DNA of 64,000 bases. Origin: Camelus dromedarius. Lineage: Eukaryota. The notes beneath the pieces are model-generated. The model saw only the letters and a program-made list of their open reading frames with translations, made no database searches and was not told the DNA's origin. Position numbers and translations under genes: made by a program. Below, piece by piece: positions 28,630 to 42,399 of this stretch. Every line of letters starts with the position of its first letter. Position 1 is the first letter of the stretch. Location: the NCBI RefSeq assembly GCF_036321535.1, contig NC_087436.1:55802001-55866000 (forward strand). Direction: 5' to 3'.

Positions 28630-28950
28630 CTTTAAGTGGCAAATGACAAACTTGAGAAGACATGTGCAACAATTTTGAATGATAGAGATTCATAAAAACA
28701 AATGTTAATTCTCAAACTGAAAAGTAGGCATTGCTCATAAACAAAAAATTCACAGAACTGTACATAACAAATAAATATATGATGTTTCATTAGTAATCAA
28801 ATAAACTTAGAAAAAAGGAGAGGAAATTTTTACTCATCTAATTTACAGTAACTTTTAAATAGTAATGCTAAATATTAATGGTTACATAGTCAAACAGGCA
28901 TTCTCAGACTTTATGTTGGTAAGAACTTTGGCAACAGTTTTCCACCAACA
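28630..28950 (+). mobile_element. ancient L1 (L1ME-like) ORF2 3' fragment
   Basis: 'ggcaaatgacaaacttgagaagac', 'cattagtaatcaaataaac', 'aaacaggcattctcagac'. Confidence 0.5.
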
Positions 28951-30679
28951 AATAAACACTCTTCATAGTGACGTACAGAAACAGCTTTAAATTTTTCTTT
29001 AGTGTAATAAATTTAGTTATGGAAACTTAAGGAAATAAGTATTAGAATGAAGTATGTGTATAAACGTGTAATAAAAACAAAATGGAAAAACTGGAAGACA
29101 AAGTTTTCTAATCCAAATCTCCGAGAGAGTATTTTTTCATGCAGTTTTTCCAGAGTATTTTTTTTTCTTCTCAGAGTCCCACTGGTTCCTTCTTCTATTC
29201 TCACTCTATCTAAGATTACATGCCCATTTTCCAGTATGGGTTAACAGGTTTTTCTATATTAAAAATAACTTTTATTCTAATTTATATTTTTACCAGTTAT
29301 CAAATCAAATGCCTTTTTTCTATTTTTGATATGTTAAACCTCTTTCCAAGCACTGCACACCTATTCTGAGTGGGTTCTCTAGTCTCTTTGCATCTGAGTT
29401 AAGGGGGATACACAGATTTTTTAAAAAATGCTATAAAAAGAGCACTAGTTCATAAAAATATTACCTTTCACTCGTCCTTACTTTGCAAAAGCTAAAGTCA
29501 TCAATCCAATTATATTAACATGTTTCATTAGGTAACTGTTATCACTGTGTTAAGAGGAGAAGGTTAAAAGGCCCTTTCCCTTAAAATGGCTTTCTTTGAG
29601 AAGGCACAGTAATCATTCTAATAGCTATAAGGATTTCTAAGGATTTTTAAAGCTTAAAATTCCTTAGTTCTTCCTGTTCTTCATGGAAAATGGCATTTTG
29701 TTCTCTTGTGAAAATAAAAATGTTAAATAAGAAATGATAATGTGCATCATAATATAAAATGTAGAAACAATTTTTATTCATTACGTGTAAAGGGGGAAGA
29801 CAGGAAATGTGAAGTCAAAGAATAAAAACTAACAGGAAATATAAGGTCAGCGGCATCAAGAGATACTTCTTACAGCACAGTGCCTTTATTAAGAATTCTA
29901 GATTCATTCAACCATGGTACAATGGAGACGATTCTTGAAGTAAATAACATTCTTATTCACTTTACAATTCAAAAATCACAAAATTACTATGAGTTCTAGC
30001 TGTGCCACAAAATGAGACTTTTATTCTTTTCTTCTTCTCTTTTATATAGTTCCAGTTCTAAGAGTCTGGATGTCCAGTTTTCAAAATGAAGAGTTCTGCA
30101 TCATGTCTACGAAGTAAAGTCCCAGAAGTTGCAGCCTCCTCTTATCTAGGTTCTATTATTTTCAGGCTTCTTTCTTTTTCCTTTTGGCTACTGTTCTCTG
30201 TTTAGCTGGTATGTGACAGGTATTTTACAAATATTATTATCTTATTTGATCAACCCATTTTATAGGTAGGTAATTGGAGGCTCAGAAAGTCCATAGAATG
30301 TATTCATATTCATACAGGTAATACATAGGCTTCTCTGATTCAAAGTTCTATTCCTTCGGTGTGATCAGAGGGAAATCATTTTCATGCCTGTTCCCACTGT
30401 CTTACTGTTGCAATGGGTTCCACTGGATTGGTGTTAGAACAAACATTTAATTGCAAGTAAACCAGGCTGGTGTATTTTCTGTAGGATATGTTTTGTGAAT
30501 GTTGCAAAAACAACTGCATATCCGGGTTCATACAAATATCACCAAACTGCAAATATTTGACCCCGAGCAAAGCAAATTTGAGAAAATTAATCCAATCCAG
30601 AGAGCTGGTGAGGTTAAGCTTAATAGCTTGATTCTGTAAGTGTTCCATAAAATGTTTATCAAAAGAAAAACAACCTCAT

Positions 30680-30741
30680 ATATAGAAGGATTCTGACAAA
30701 TGAAAACATGATATAGAAGGATTCTGACAAATGAAAACATG
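30680..30741. repeat. perfect 31-bp tandem duplication
   Basis: atatagaaggattctgacaaatgaaaacatg x2. Confidence 0.95.
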
Positions 30742-31064
30742 AAACAAAAAAATTAGGTTTAGCAGAATTGCTATGCATCTAGAAACCCTTTTATATGCAA
30801 ATTGGCTAAACTTTCTGAACCAGTCTTTTGTAATTAAAACCCCCATTATTTAAAAATGCAAAGTACAATTTTTAGTTTACAAAACATATTCTAAAAATAC
30901 CTCATTATAAATGTTGATTAGGGAGGCACAATACTTAAGCATGAGAGTGTCCCTCTTTTTGCCTAAGTTTTAAACTCAAGACTTCTGGAAAGGGGTGAAC
31001 ACTGTGAATAAAATCTGTCACCACATTGGTTACAAAATGCTTTCTCTTAATTTATAAAGCAAAA

Positions 31065-31250
31065 CCAGGTTCTCAGACTGTAGGGTGTGTAAGAATTACC
31101 CATGAACCTTGAAAATTCCTGGATTCCCCATAGGGAGATTCTGGTCCAAAAGAACTTTTCTGAGGGCAAGGGATCTACAATTTAACATATGCCCCAGGTG
31201 ATTCTGATGAACATGGTCCTGGAACATTTTCCAGAACTCTATTTTATAAA
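31065..31250. mobile_element. hAT-Charlie MITE remnant (MER5-like)
   Basis: 'caggttctcagact', 'tttaacatatgccccaggtgattctgatg'. Confidence 0.6.
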
Positions 31251-31905
31251 ACACTGACTGCTTCATGAAATATTAACTTAAGTGTGTCTTTCTCCCACAT
31301 TTTTGGCACCCTTGGCAGACTTCAATGCACTAATCTTTGCAGTGAAAATTTCATATAGTGGCCAAATTTTCAATTAAACACAATTTTACTCAAGTTTAAA
31401 TCACACACACCATTTATCACAGCTGCTAAATCAGCTGGCTAAATAATTTTTATATCCTACTCTAGAGGTGCCTCATTTCAGTGATGAATTAAGAGATCCC
31501 TATACAGTAGTCTCTCTACCGGCTACTAGCTGTTGTATGTGTATATGATCCTCGGGTGCTGATGTTGAAAGTGAGACTAGAAACAGAGGTATGAGGGAAG
31601 CCAATCTGCTGCTCAGGCAGGCCGAGCAAGCTTGCATTCTATCAGAGAGTAACTGAACCATTATCTAATTCTCAGATTTTCAGGTTAAAGAATTAAATTT
31701 CGTCAGAATGGCTCAAATTCAGGATGGAGATTGAAAATGATCCAGTAACCACTAAAACAAAACAATTATAATATCAACAGTACAGCTCAAGAATTAATGG
31801 TTGTTTATAGAAGGCATTTTACTAAGCACAAGCTATGCATTTTGTTACTTATTTTAATTTCAAGACTAGTATTTAAGGTAGGTAACAACATTATATCTAT
31901 TTGGC

Positions 31906-31940
<35 letters not shown>

Positions 31941-32794
31941 CTAGGTTAACCAAATGCCTAAGAAACTAGTGAATAAACCAGAATGCAAATGCAAATCTAT
32001 GAATTTACCACAGGAACTATAACTAGCAAAGTAACCCTAGAGTATTCCCTTTCTACTAAAAAAAATCTACAAGGGAAATAAAATTAATCAGAGCAAGGAG
32101 AGTTAGTTGAATGAACCTAATAGTAATGACTTCAAGCTGTGACAGCCTGAGGCATCCCGTGGAGAGTGCTGGGGAAATGCTGACAAATTATTCTTCTCAG
32201 AGTCCCCTTTCTTCACACTTTGACTAACTGTGCTATCTTCAGGAACGTTAATGTCATTGATCCACCTATTTTTCTTTCATAACAATTCCAGTTATGCACT
32301 CCTGAGCCTACTCTGCAATCACCTTGATTAGGCAGACCTTTCTCAAATCTCTAGGATAAACTGAGCAACCTTTTCATAGGATGAGTTACTTCACTGGATG
32401 ACTAACCTACTATATTATTTACTGATTCTTACTAGTATGGTTTTTAGGTATTAAAATTTCCATATTTTAAAAAAGCCTCTCACTTATATCCAACTACTTA
32501 TTACATAAGAAACTAAACAAAGTAGTAAGTATGTTAAGCAAAGGAGAAAAATAATTCACGATCCTATTCAATCAATTGATAAATATTTAAGAGTTTTCTT
32601 TATACAAGGCAATATGCTGAGTGCTGTTTCACATACTTCATGCTATAAATATTTTTTCTAATACTAGAATCTGCTGGGAACGTGTAAAGAGTTTACTCAT
32701 TAATACATTTTTAAAAACCTTCTAATAATAAAAATTTGGTTAGGACTGTAGAGACTTCTAGTAATCTCTTTGATTTTTTTCTGGTTTTTTAAAA

Positions 32795-33690
32795 TAAACC
32801 TTTAATTTTATATTAGTTTCATCTTCACAAAAAGTTTCAACGATAGTATAGAGAGATGCATGCCCCTTGCTCAGATACCCCTATTGTTAATATCTTAAAC
32901 TACGATGGAATATTTGTCTTAACTAAGGAGTTAATATTGGTATCTGATTAACACCTAAACTCTACACTTCATTTGGAATTCACCAGTTTTTCCTCAGGTC
33001 CTTTTCTATTCCAGGACCCCATTCAGGATAGCACGTTACATTTAGTCATCATGTCTCTTCTGATGTGTGACAATTTGTCATATTTTCCTCGATTTTGATT
33101 ACCTTAACAGTTTTAAGTAGTACTGGTGAGATATTTTGAAGAATGTCCCTCAGTTTGGGTTTGTCTGATTTTTCCCCTCATTTTTAGACTAGGGTTACAG
33201 GATTTTTTAGAGGAAGACCACAGAAGTGAAGTGCCATCATATCAAAGATACATTACTTATCACTTATGACATTCACCCTGATCACCTGGTCAAGGTAGTA
33301 TTGCCAGCATACTCCACTGTAAAGTGATACTTTGCTTCTTAACTGTTTTCGTACTTTCTTTTTTGGCAGCAAGTTACTAAACACAGTCCACACTGTAGCA
33401 GGAAGGGGAGGTATAGGGTGTCAGTTTCCATCTCCTGGAGAGTGTGGGTAATAAGTGTACATAAATTATTTGTAATTCTTCTGTATAGGAAATTTGTCTC
33501 TTCTTCCTCACTTAGTTATTTGGTCATTTGATATATATTTAATTTGCGGGGAATTCATTTTTTACTGTGGTGTATAATAGTATGTTTTTTTATTTTGGCC
33601 GTAAGAAGTACTTTCACATTGTCTCCCACATCCCTTTGACTTGTTACCGTCCTTTTGCTTTTGAGTATTTCCTTACTTTCAGCAATTTCC
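32795..33690 (-). mobile_element. old L1 3' UTR (L1MC/MD-like)
   Basis: 'ttccaggaccccattcaggatagcacgttacatttagtcatcatgtctc', 'gaatgtccctcagtttgggtttgtctgat'. Confidence 0.7.
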
Positions 33691-33774
33691 TTGATTTTGT
33701 TTCTGAGTTGCTCCCTAACCTGAAACAAGTCATTTCACCCACATGCATTGACATTCATCTGTAATTCTGTGTTT

Positions 33775-34159
33775 GTTATATTAGTGGAAATCACAATATA
33801 GTAAATATTAAGAAAAAAAGCTGAATTTATTTCAAACTTTTGCTCAGACAAGGAAGAAACTGCAAACAGAAGTGCAACTCCTTTCTTAAAAATAAAGTTA
33901 TCAAGAGTATATAAAATGGAAGAAGAGAAAAGCAGAACTTAGATTAAGTTTAAACAGAGTAAAGCATGGCTAATGGCTCATTAAGTGGGTCCTCTGATCA
34001 AACAGGCTTGCTGATTGTGGGGTATTCAACTCAAAATTGACTGTTTTGCAGCTTCTTACATAGACGCCATTTATGTCTTTCAGGACATAATTTAATCTAC
34101 CACCCTGGTGGAAACATGGATTGAGGTCTTCAGGGAAAAAAATGAACATTTTATTGTCA
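33775..34159 (-). mobile_element. 3' LTR of an ancient ERV1-class provirus
   Basis: starts TGACA immediately after a purine tract (aaatggggaac, minus) and contains a minus-strand AATAAA at ~33827-33832; distal boundary approximate. Confidence 0.55.
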
Positions 34160-34690
34160 GTTCCCCATTTGATCTTCTCAGGTCTGAGAAGCTAAAGACA
34201 CGGTCCTGATCTCTACACTGTGATTTTACTACTTAGGAACTGAGATAGTGGTATGGTGATTTTATTCCATTTCTAACTCATGACCATCTACTGTATCATG
34301 TGGCAAGACAGCAGCTATGGAATAGCTTTTAACACTTAGTACACCTAACAATTATTACTGTGTTTCAAATAAACTACCAGTCAATAGGAAGGGACTGGAT
34401 ATATTTTGGAATCATGATACTAGATTTCCCACATCAAGTCAGAAAATAGGTCTTATTCTTCCCCAGAAGTTTTAGAGCCAGATGGTGGTGTACCAACAAT
34501 ATTCTCCTGTTTTAAAAATCATATTGGCTCTTTCTCTATTTTTAGTGGTGGTATTAAAAAATTCTAAGAGATTTCTCAAGAGGCAGGTACAATATATTTC
34601 TTCCAATACAAAACAAATTCCTTTTGTGAAGCAAGTATACCAGTGAAGTGGCTCTAAATGCTACCTTTTCAATCGCAGTGAATTAATGGT
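34160..34690 (-). pseudogene. env: degenerate retroviral env TM remnant plus polypurine tract
   Basis: minus translation with frameshifts: EKVAF...ILASQ-GICFVLEEIYCTC, resembling the gamma-type env immunosuppressive domain plus CX6CC (here CX6YC). Confidence 0.65.
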
Positions 34691-34919
34691 ACTAATTTGG
34701 GGACAGTATGTCAAATCCTGGGCATCACTTACATTGTGTTGCAAGTTGGGGGCAAAAGGATTGTGTGTTCACAAAAGAATGGAATTAGACCTTCTTGCAT
34801 ATGTGTTAAGTACATCATGCAGAAAAGAGTGAAATTTTTTGTTTATTTAAAATACCTACCTCAAAATTAATAAAAAGAAAATAAATGAGTTTTTATTATC
34901 TATGGTGAAATATTATTAC

Positions 34920-35100
34920 AGAAAGATCTAGGTACAAATTCCTATGCCACTATTTACTAGTTGTTTCACCTTACCCAGCTAACCTTTTTGAGTCTCTGTT
35001 CTTGTCTGTAACACCCTTTTAGGGTTAATATGAGGATTAAAGTGAAATAAATGTGGAATGCCTAGCCTGAGTAGTTCAGGCTTAATAAATGGTGGTTGTT
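34920..35100 (+). mobile_element. MIR SINE
   Basis: 'ctaggtacaaattcctatgccactatttactag...tgaggattaaa...cttaataaatgg'. Confidence 0.65.
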
Positions 35101-35334
35101 ATGATAATTATCAGTCAACAAATATTCACTGACTGCCTTACAAATTCCCATTTCAATACTGGGCCTGGATGAGACATAGATAGACAGACAGACAGACATA
35201 CTCTCTAGATCTGGGTCTTGCAGGAAACAGACTTCAGCTCAGATGGTTTAACTGTAAAGACTTCAGTGAAACAATATTTAAAGGGATAGATTTAACGGAA
35301 TCAACAAAAAAAATGACCAGCCATCCAGGGTAAC

Positions 35335-35420
35335 CAATCAACTTCTTAAAATAAATCTCTCTCTCTTCTGGATATATATCCTGTTAGCTCTGTTGCTCTG
35401 GAGACTCCTGACTAATACCA
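35335..35420 (+). mobile_element. MLT2 (ERVL LTR) 3' end
   Basis: 'aaaataaatctctctct...tatcctgttagctctgttgctctggagactcctgactaatac' is the MLT2 terminus. Confidence 0.75.
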
Positions 35421-35429
35421 CCTCTGAGT

Positions 35430-36560
35430 TTTCTTAGAGTTTATTTTTTAATCCCTGGCAAGCACCTGTCTTTCTAAGGCATCTAGAAGCCTGGCTCCTG
35501 ATGCCCAGGTCTCATTAGCATACCTTCATTACTGTAAGGACTAGTGCGATGCTCTCTGGACCATCAAGGTCACCAAGGGCCCTGCAGACTCTATTATGGC
35601 AGATTTCAGGACACTGCTGCCACTTCTGGGTAAGAGCAAATGACTGCCTATGTCGTTTTAAAATGGAATTGTGTAGTGTCTGCTAAGTCAGTGTTAAATA
35701 CTAGCTGTCAGGAACTGCGTTGATTTTCTCCAAAAAAAAAAAAACAAACAAACAAACTTATAGTTGAAATTGTTATTACCATCTGATTAAATTTAAGTCT
35801 GTGATTATACACAGTCTTTCTCAAAATCTCATTTAGCTTTTTCATAGATCAATCAGATACATTAAGAGGTGATATAATAGGAATCACCACCTCTGCGTCT
35901 TCAAAGTTTTTACTGTGAAACTAATGTCTAAAATCCCTCCCGCTCAGAAACAGGATTAATGCTGGTTCGCTAAACTGATGAGTTTGTAGGAAGAGGCAAC
36001 TCCAGGTACTTATACTTGGCTCCTCCTTCCATTATTTATAATCATTACTTCATAGGTCAGTGGAGATCCTGTTGCTAAATTATCTATCTTAAATATGCAT
36101 AAGGAACCAAAAAAACAATGATAGGATATCTGTGGGTCTGCTAGACCTATTTTATAACACACTGGGTCAAGACTCCATTTATTGCCATACTACCATAATC
36201 TACCATGGACCATGGTGGAGTTTTGGATCCCCAGACATTAGCATCACCTCAGAACCATGTTTCTACTAACTCCCAGAAGATCTAGGTGTTTGCTTTTCTC
36301 AAATAAACTGTCACTTTAATAAATGGCCTTTCTGGTGGAGGACTGGATGGAGGAAGAGCTACAACATAAACCTGGCCAAGTTGCAGGATCCTTCTGCAAA
36401 GGGATTCAGTCTTTCCTCAGTTGAGAGCCTCTGCATCTGTAAATAAGCTTAGTTCTGGAAACATGAGGAAAGACCTTGAATTTCCATGCTAGTGACTCTG
36501 GTCAGGATACTATCTATCAGATCCCAGACCTAGATTATTCCCCCTTCCTGAAATATCAAG
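35430..36560 (-). pseudogene. pol: ERVL internal remnant: protease and reverse transcriptase
   Basis: minus translation ERPFIKVTVY...ELVET-GSEVMLMSGDPKLHHGP (cf. ERVL LLDTGSELTLIPGDPKRHCGP) at ~36207-36332; PEICHNRVCRALGDLDGPESIALV-YSNEGMLMRP (cf. CHNLVRRDLDHL...LVHYIDDIML) at ~35495-35610. Confidence 0.8.
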
Positions 36561-36566
36561 CAATTC

Positions 36567-36945
36567 TGTGACGGTCAGTTTTATGAGTTAACTTGTCTAG
36601 GTAATAATATTCAGTTATTGAATCAAACATTAATCTAAGTATTGCTGTGAACGTAGTTTGTAGATGTGGCTAATATCTGCAATGTGGTTAATGATTTACA
36701 ATTCTTTAAGTGAAGGTGATTACCTTTGATAATGTGGGTGTGCCTCATTCAATTAGCTGAGGGCTTTAGGAGCAAAAACAGGTTTCCCTGAGAAGAAAAC
36801 CTACATTAAGACTGCAGCATCATCTCCTGCCTGAGGGTCTAGGCTGCCAACCTGCTCGACAGAGTTCAATTGTGTGAGCCAATTCCTTAAAATCTCTCTT
36901 TCTGCCTCTGTCTCTGTCTCTTTGTCTCTTTGTATATACATCTCA
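36567..36945 (+). mobile_element. MLT2 (MLT2D-like) LTR, 3'-truncated
   Basis: starts 'tgtgacggtcagttttatgagttaacttg', contains 'ataatgtgggtgtgcctcattcaattagctga' and 'gtgagccaattccttaaaat'. Confidence 0.8.
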
Positions 36946-38268
36946 TTGACCAAATTCCCAAACCGAGGCTAGGTATGGGGCCCACCATCCCTAAGAGCTC
37001 TGCTAGATGCCTGGAATTAAAAATAGAACAGAGTTCTGTCAGCAAAGATGAAGGTGGGAATAGACTTTCAAGTAGCCCATGTAAAGACACTATTAATAAA
37101 CATATAAAATACATACATTGCTAAAAACTGCTAGTCTCGCTAGTCCTATGACCAACTAATTTTTTAATTAAAAATTGTTTTAAGTTTAACAAACTTTGAA
37201 AATATTCAGTGGGGAAAAAAACATTATGATGTTAGTGCTTTATATTAAAAATATAAGTAAATAAAGGATGGTAAATAATATCCAAGAGACTTCCCTTTCT
37301 CAAGCTTTAATTAATTTCAAAGGTTTTATATACATATTATCTCAGATCAAAACTTGACCATTTTGTAACAGTTACTAAATATGACATACTATTCATTTTT
37401 ATAAAAGCAATGTTTTTTCTTATCTCTTAAAGGAACAAATTAAAGTTTCAGAAATAAAAGTAAGAAAGGCAAGTTTTTAAGGGATATATTTGTTAGGATT
37501 TTAGATGATTTTAAGAACTTATGTAAGTTTCCCGGAAAAAAATCTCTCTGAAATCAGAACTTTCATCAAATATGCTTGGGGAAAAAAGTTTCAGGTAAGT
37601 ATTACCTTTATATAAACACAAATTCACATTATTTGTTCCTGGAATAAACTTGAAATTCCTTCATATATCGTTCCATGTACAAAGTCAAATGTGCAGGCAG
37701 TCTTACAGTCTCACATGACAGCTCAAGTCATCCTTTCTCTGGTGTGTAATAGAGAGCCTTCACGGACAGCTGATGATACTTGGCACACCCTCACAATCAC
37801 TCTTATCACCATCATTATTATTCATAGGAGATATAATTTATATCTCCTATATTCAATGCTTGGATCAAAGAAGGTACTCGGTACTCAATAAATATTTAGG
37901 GATAGAGAGGAAAGGAAGGGAAGGAGAAAAGATATAATATTTAGCAACATTTCTAGGAATGCTAACTAGCCCACATGCTTGATGGGACTAAGATGTTACG
38001 ATCTTTCTCTTCATTATTCTTCCTTCCCAAGGGCCTAGTATGGGGGAAGACATATTTACAAACACCTACACATACTTAAGTACATATTTCTTTTCCTCAT
38101 GATTTACAGTCAGTAGTTGGAACAGTTTGGGTTCACCACCACAGGAAACACTCATTAATTCATCACTGATAGCTTACACAGAGGAATGATGACATCTTTA
38201 AAAGGCAAAATTGGGCAATACTTTAAGAAGACGCTCATGTAAGATGTTTGTGTTCAAAAACATGAAAA

Positions 38269-38887
38269 TGTGACAGCTATTATTGAGTAACTTGATGAAG
38301 CAGGAAGGCACTGCTTAAATGTACCCATCAGTTCTCATAGGCCTTCTTGACCTTGTCTAATAGTTCCCTAATGAGACTACTGATAAAATTGCAGTCTGTT
38401 TTCTCAAGTGTGCCAAAGCTCCTAATAGCTTCCTTAGCTCCAAAATGTGTGATTCTCTAGTATGTCGTCTTGATTTCCTTCACTCTGGCTTCTGTCCCCT
38501 TAAACAACCCTGACTAACTAACCTTGAGAAAAGTATTTATGCCCTCACTATTGATTAGGAAGGATCCATATTTAATTATGTGTAACATGTTCCACTATCA
38601 AACTTTCAGCTTGCTTCTCCAATGCCCAGTGAGTCCTACTGCCATATGCTATGCCAGCCATTTGGTTAATGAGCTTCCTTACAAGATGTTGCATTTTCCC
38701 CAGTTCCTGTATTTTATGAAAAATGCTCTCATATCTTAAGGTCATGACTGGACCCTCTCACAAAGCCTACCTTGAAGAATAAACATTTCTTTAATGCAAA
38801 GGGAATCGTTATTGAGCACATCGTGCATGTTTCTGCCACAGCCCTGAGTGATTCATATGTGCCATTAGGTAAAATCCTGAGATCACA
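38269..38887 (+). mobile_element. solo LTR (ERVL-type; family uncertain)
   Basis: TGTGAC...GATCACA termini, ~620 bp, AATAAA at ~38778; no clear TSD. Confidence 0.5.
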
Positions 38888-41019
38888 ATGCTTAAAGCTC
38901 AAATATTAGCTGTAGCCAGAATCAATTGCAAAGTAACTTTAGAAGACAACTGCTTCCTGCACATTGTTTTTTCTATGAAAATGGTATGCTATTGTTTTCA
39001 ACAACTGAATTAAAATTTCAGTTTTTTTACCTCTAGAATTTTACATCTAAATGTTATTAGTCTCTTTTGATGAAAGCTTGCAATGAACTACCCAAAGTGG
39101 TTTATCTACAATTAATATATTAAAAATATGCAAATAATATAAAATGTTATGCTTTTACAGAGTCTGCATGATACTAATAGCATGATATACCTCTATTCTT
39201 GCCAAATAATAATTTCCACTGATGCTTACTTATTAAATTGCTTTCAATGCAGTAGACATTAAAGATGTCCAAAATATTCAGTGGGTGGGGTAATATACAG
39301 TAGATCATAATGTTTGTAAGCAAATGAACTCATCTATGATATTTAAAATTCTGAGCATAAATTTCAAATAAACTCAGGCTATTTAGATCAGTTGTTATCT
39401 AGGGCTAACATAAACACTGAAAAAGAATCATTAAAGTTAATAGACAAAACTTTGATAAGAGATCTATGCTCTAGCAGTGTATTCACTAAAAATATTATAT
39501 TATTTCCCAGAAAAGCTCAATATTAAATTATTCAATTCTATCATTGTATTAATCGAAGTTAACTGTATGCAGAGATACCTTGAAGATTACTTTCTACTTA
39601 CATTATTGTTAGTGGATCCAGACCTATAATGGATTGTATTCAAATTCATTTAACTTCTTCTGAGATTTGTTTATGAACCATTTGACTATAGGTTACTGGA
39701 AAAGTTCATTCACCCTGAAAGGATGAGCCCTTCGCTTCAAGTTTCATATAACACAGAGTGTCAATATCACAATATTCCAAACACTTTGATCAATTTAGAC
39801 AATCAAAATTTTATATCAGACAGAACTATCTTATTGAACTGTCTACACTCACCTAATTTGACATACATTTGTCAAATATGAGTTGTCCAGCATGAATATA
39901 ATGAAACTTGGTGCTCAAATTTAGGAAGTTCAATTTTCAAAACCACTAGGATACCACTTAATATTGTCTTTCCCTACAGCAAATTTCACAAAACTTTAAA
40001 GCTTCATAAAAATTATCTTGTAATCTTTAGGCATCATAGATTTTCTTTCCTAACTCTCCTCCGTGTGTATCTATCTGTGACACTGCTGGTTTCTGAGAGC
40101 TGCAACATTAACCTTCTTATCCAAAAAATTTAGAAAGCTGAAAAGGTCTTTTAAAGCTCTAAGGACTAAGAATGCTGTGCTCAGTACTCCATAGTGTTGT
40201 TGCAATGCACACACAGTAGCCACCATAGTCCTGAATTCTTGATTCGTCCATTATCATGGTGAACACTGTTTCTCGGAAATCAAAATCCCAGTCACAGCAT
40301 CCAAATGGCTAAACCATGTGTCCTTGCCTTGGCTGCCAGGGAGCAATGGGAGGTACTGTCTGTCCCATTTCAGGCACCATGGCTGGAGTTAAGATCTTGC
40401 TATAATATTTGGGACTCTCAAAACATTTCAGTTTTTCAGTGACAAAAGAAGTCCACTACAGGTTCTCCTCTCTGCTTAAAACTCTTCAATGTCTCTTTAA
40501 GATTAATTCCCAGTAATATAGGTATGGTCTTCAAAGCTGCAAATACCTGGGATGGGATCATTTTTCACCCCATGTCATACCTTCCACTTTTCCCTAATCT
40601 CCAACCCCATAGTTTAGTCTGATTAATTATTTGCAGTTTTCCCAAATCTTCATGACTTTTAACATCAATCTCTATGCCTAGAGTGTCTGTTCAACTCATC
40701 TCTGCACATTTTCTTCCCTTTTTTACCTCCTATTCCTCCACAGCAACTCCATTTTCAAGAACCTTTCAAACCCACATCTGTTAATATCCCATTCTTTTGA
40801 ATAGATTAACCATTTTATCCTTTGTATTGCCATTTTGATAAGAGAAACGTTAATATTTTTCATGTTTTCTAGTTCTTTGCCTTATCACATTATAGTATGA
40901 TATGACATGTTAGTTAAAATTACTCTTAATTTTGCAAAGCAGAATCATCCTTTTCTCTTTTCTCACGACTCTTATTCATAATGCTATCATTCAGCCTTCA
41001 ACATATTATATATAAAAGA

Positions 41020-42260
41020 TTCACTCATTTAACAAATATTCTTTATATGCCTTCCATCAACTACTAGGCTGTTTTCAGTACAGGGGATTTAAAAAAAAAA
41101 CAAAATGTAAACAAGATAAAGTATTCCTATGGAGTTTATGTTCCCACGTGGAAGAGAGACAATATCTAAGCTAGCTAATACTTATATAGTACAATTTTAG
41201 TGATAATGCTGTGAATAAAAGCCTGGTAGGGGGCTATAGAATAACATAGAGGAGAGAGAACTGTTTAAGTAAGGTGGTCATAGGAAGTTGTATATGAATC
41301 ACTGTTAAAGCAGAAGAAATAAAGTATAAACACAGAAGATACTGCCAACAGAGATAGTAAGGTCTTTGGGTTTTATTTTAAGTATGATAGCCATTGGAGG
41401 ACTTTCAGCAGGATAGTGGTATTTTTATGTTCTTCAAGGTCACTCAGGATCACTATGAAAAATTTACTGTGTCAGGTAAGAATAGAGGCAAAGATATCTG
41501 GTAGGAGTCAACTGCTTTTATCCAGAGAATCACCGATGCAGGTGCCTGAAACTAGAATAACAGCCATGGAGTTCATGAGAAGATGTCAGATTCAGGATAT
41601 AGTTTAAGGGAGGTTCCAGTGGGCTTGCTGATGGATCAATCATGAAATATAAAAAGAGGGGGGAGGAGAGAGAAAGAGAGGGAGGGACGGAGGAAGGAAG
41701 GAAAGAAAGAAGTAAGGATAATTACTAGGTATTTGGCCTAATGAATTGGGGATGCCATTACCTAAGATGAGTAAGACTGGAAAAGGAGCAAGTTTGGGTC
41801 TAGGGGGATCGCTTTTTAATCATAAATATTTGAAATTCCATCTAGACATCAAAGCAGAAATTTTGAGTAGACAGTTGAACATATAAGGTGTAAAGGAAAA
41901 GGAAAAGAGAGGGTCTGGAAATAGACGTGGGGGTCTAATTATATGGATAATTTAAAGTTACTGTTTCAAAGAGTAAGTATTGAAAGAGAAAAAAGAAGTC
42001 AAGGTTCTAGAGGATGCAGTAAAGCAGAAGTAGAAAGAGAGGCCTATGATGGAAAAGGAATATGAGTATCAGGTGGTTTCTTAGGAAACAAGTATTTTAG
42101 AGTGGGTGATTTTTTTTTTTTCAAATGCTGTTGAGATGTAGGTGGAGAGTTACTACTTTAGAAAGTTTAAGATTCTTGGTAACTTTGACAAGAGTTTAGA
42201 AACAAAAACCTGATTAAAACAGTTGGGAAAGGGAAAGGGAGTTAAGGATCAGAGTACCAG
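41020..42260 (-). mobile_element. LINE-2 (degenerate)
   Basis: 'tcactcatttaacaaatattc', 'gccattggagg', 'gatgccattacctaagatgagtaagactgg', 'ttgagtagacagttg'. Confidence 0.75.
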
Positions 42261-42399
42261 TCTTTTTAACAGGTTTGCTTTCCTTCATTTTCAAACTTCT
42301 CTCATTATTCATAGGCCATCAGCATATTCTCTGTAAGTGTAAAACAGACTGTAAAATCCTGTTGCTTGAGTCCAGATACTTCTATCATCTATACTTACA

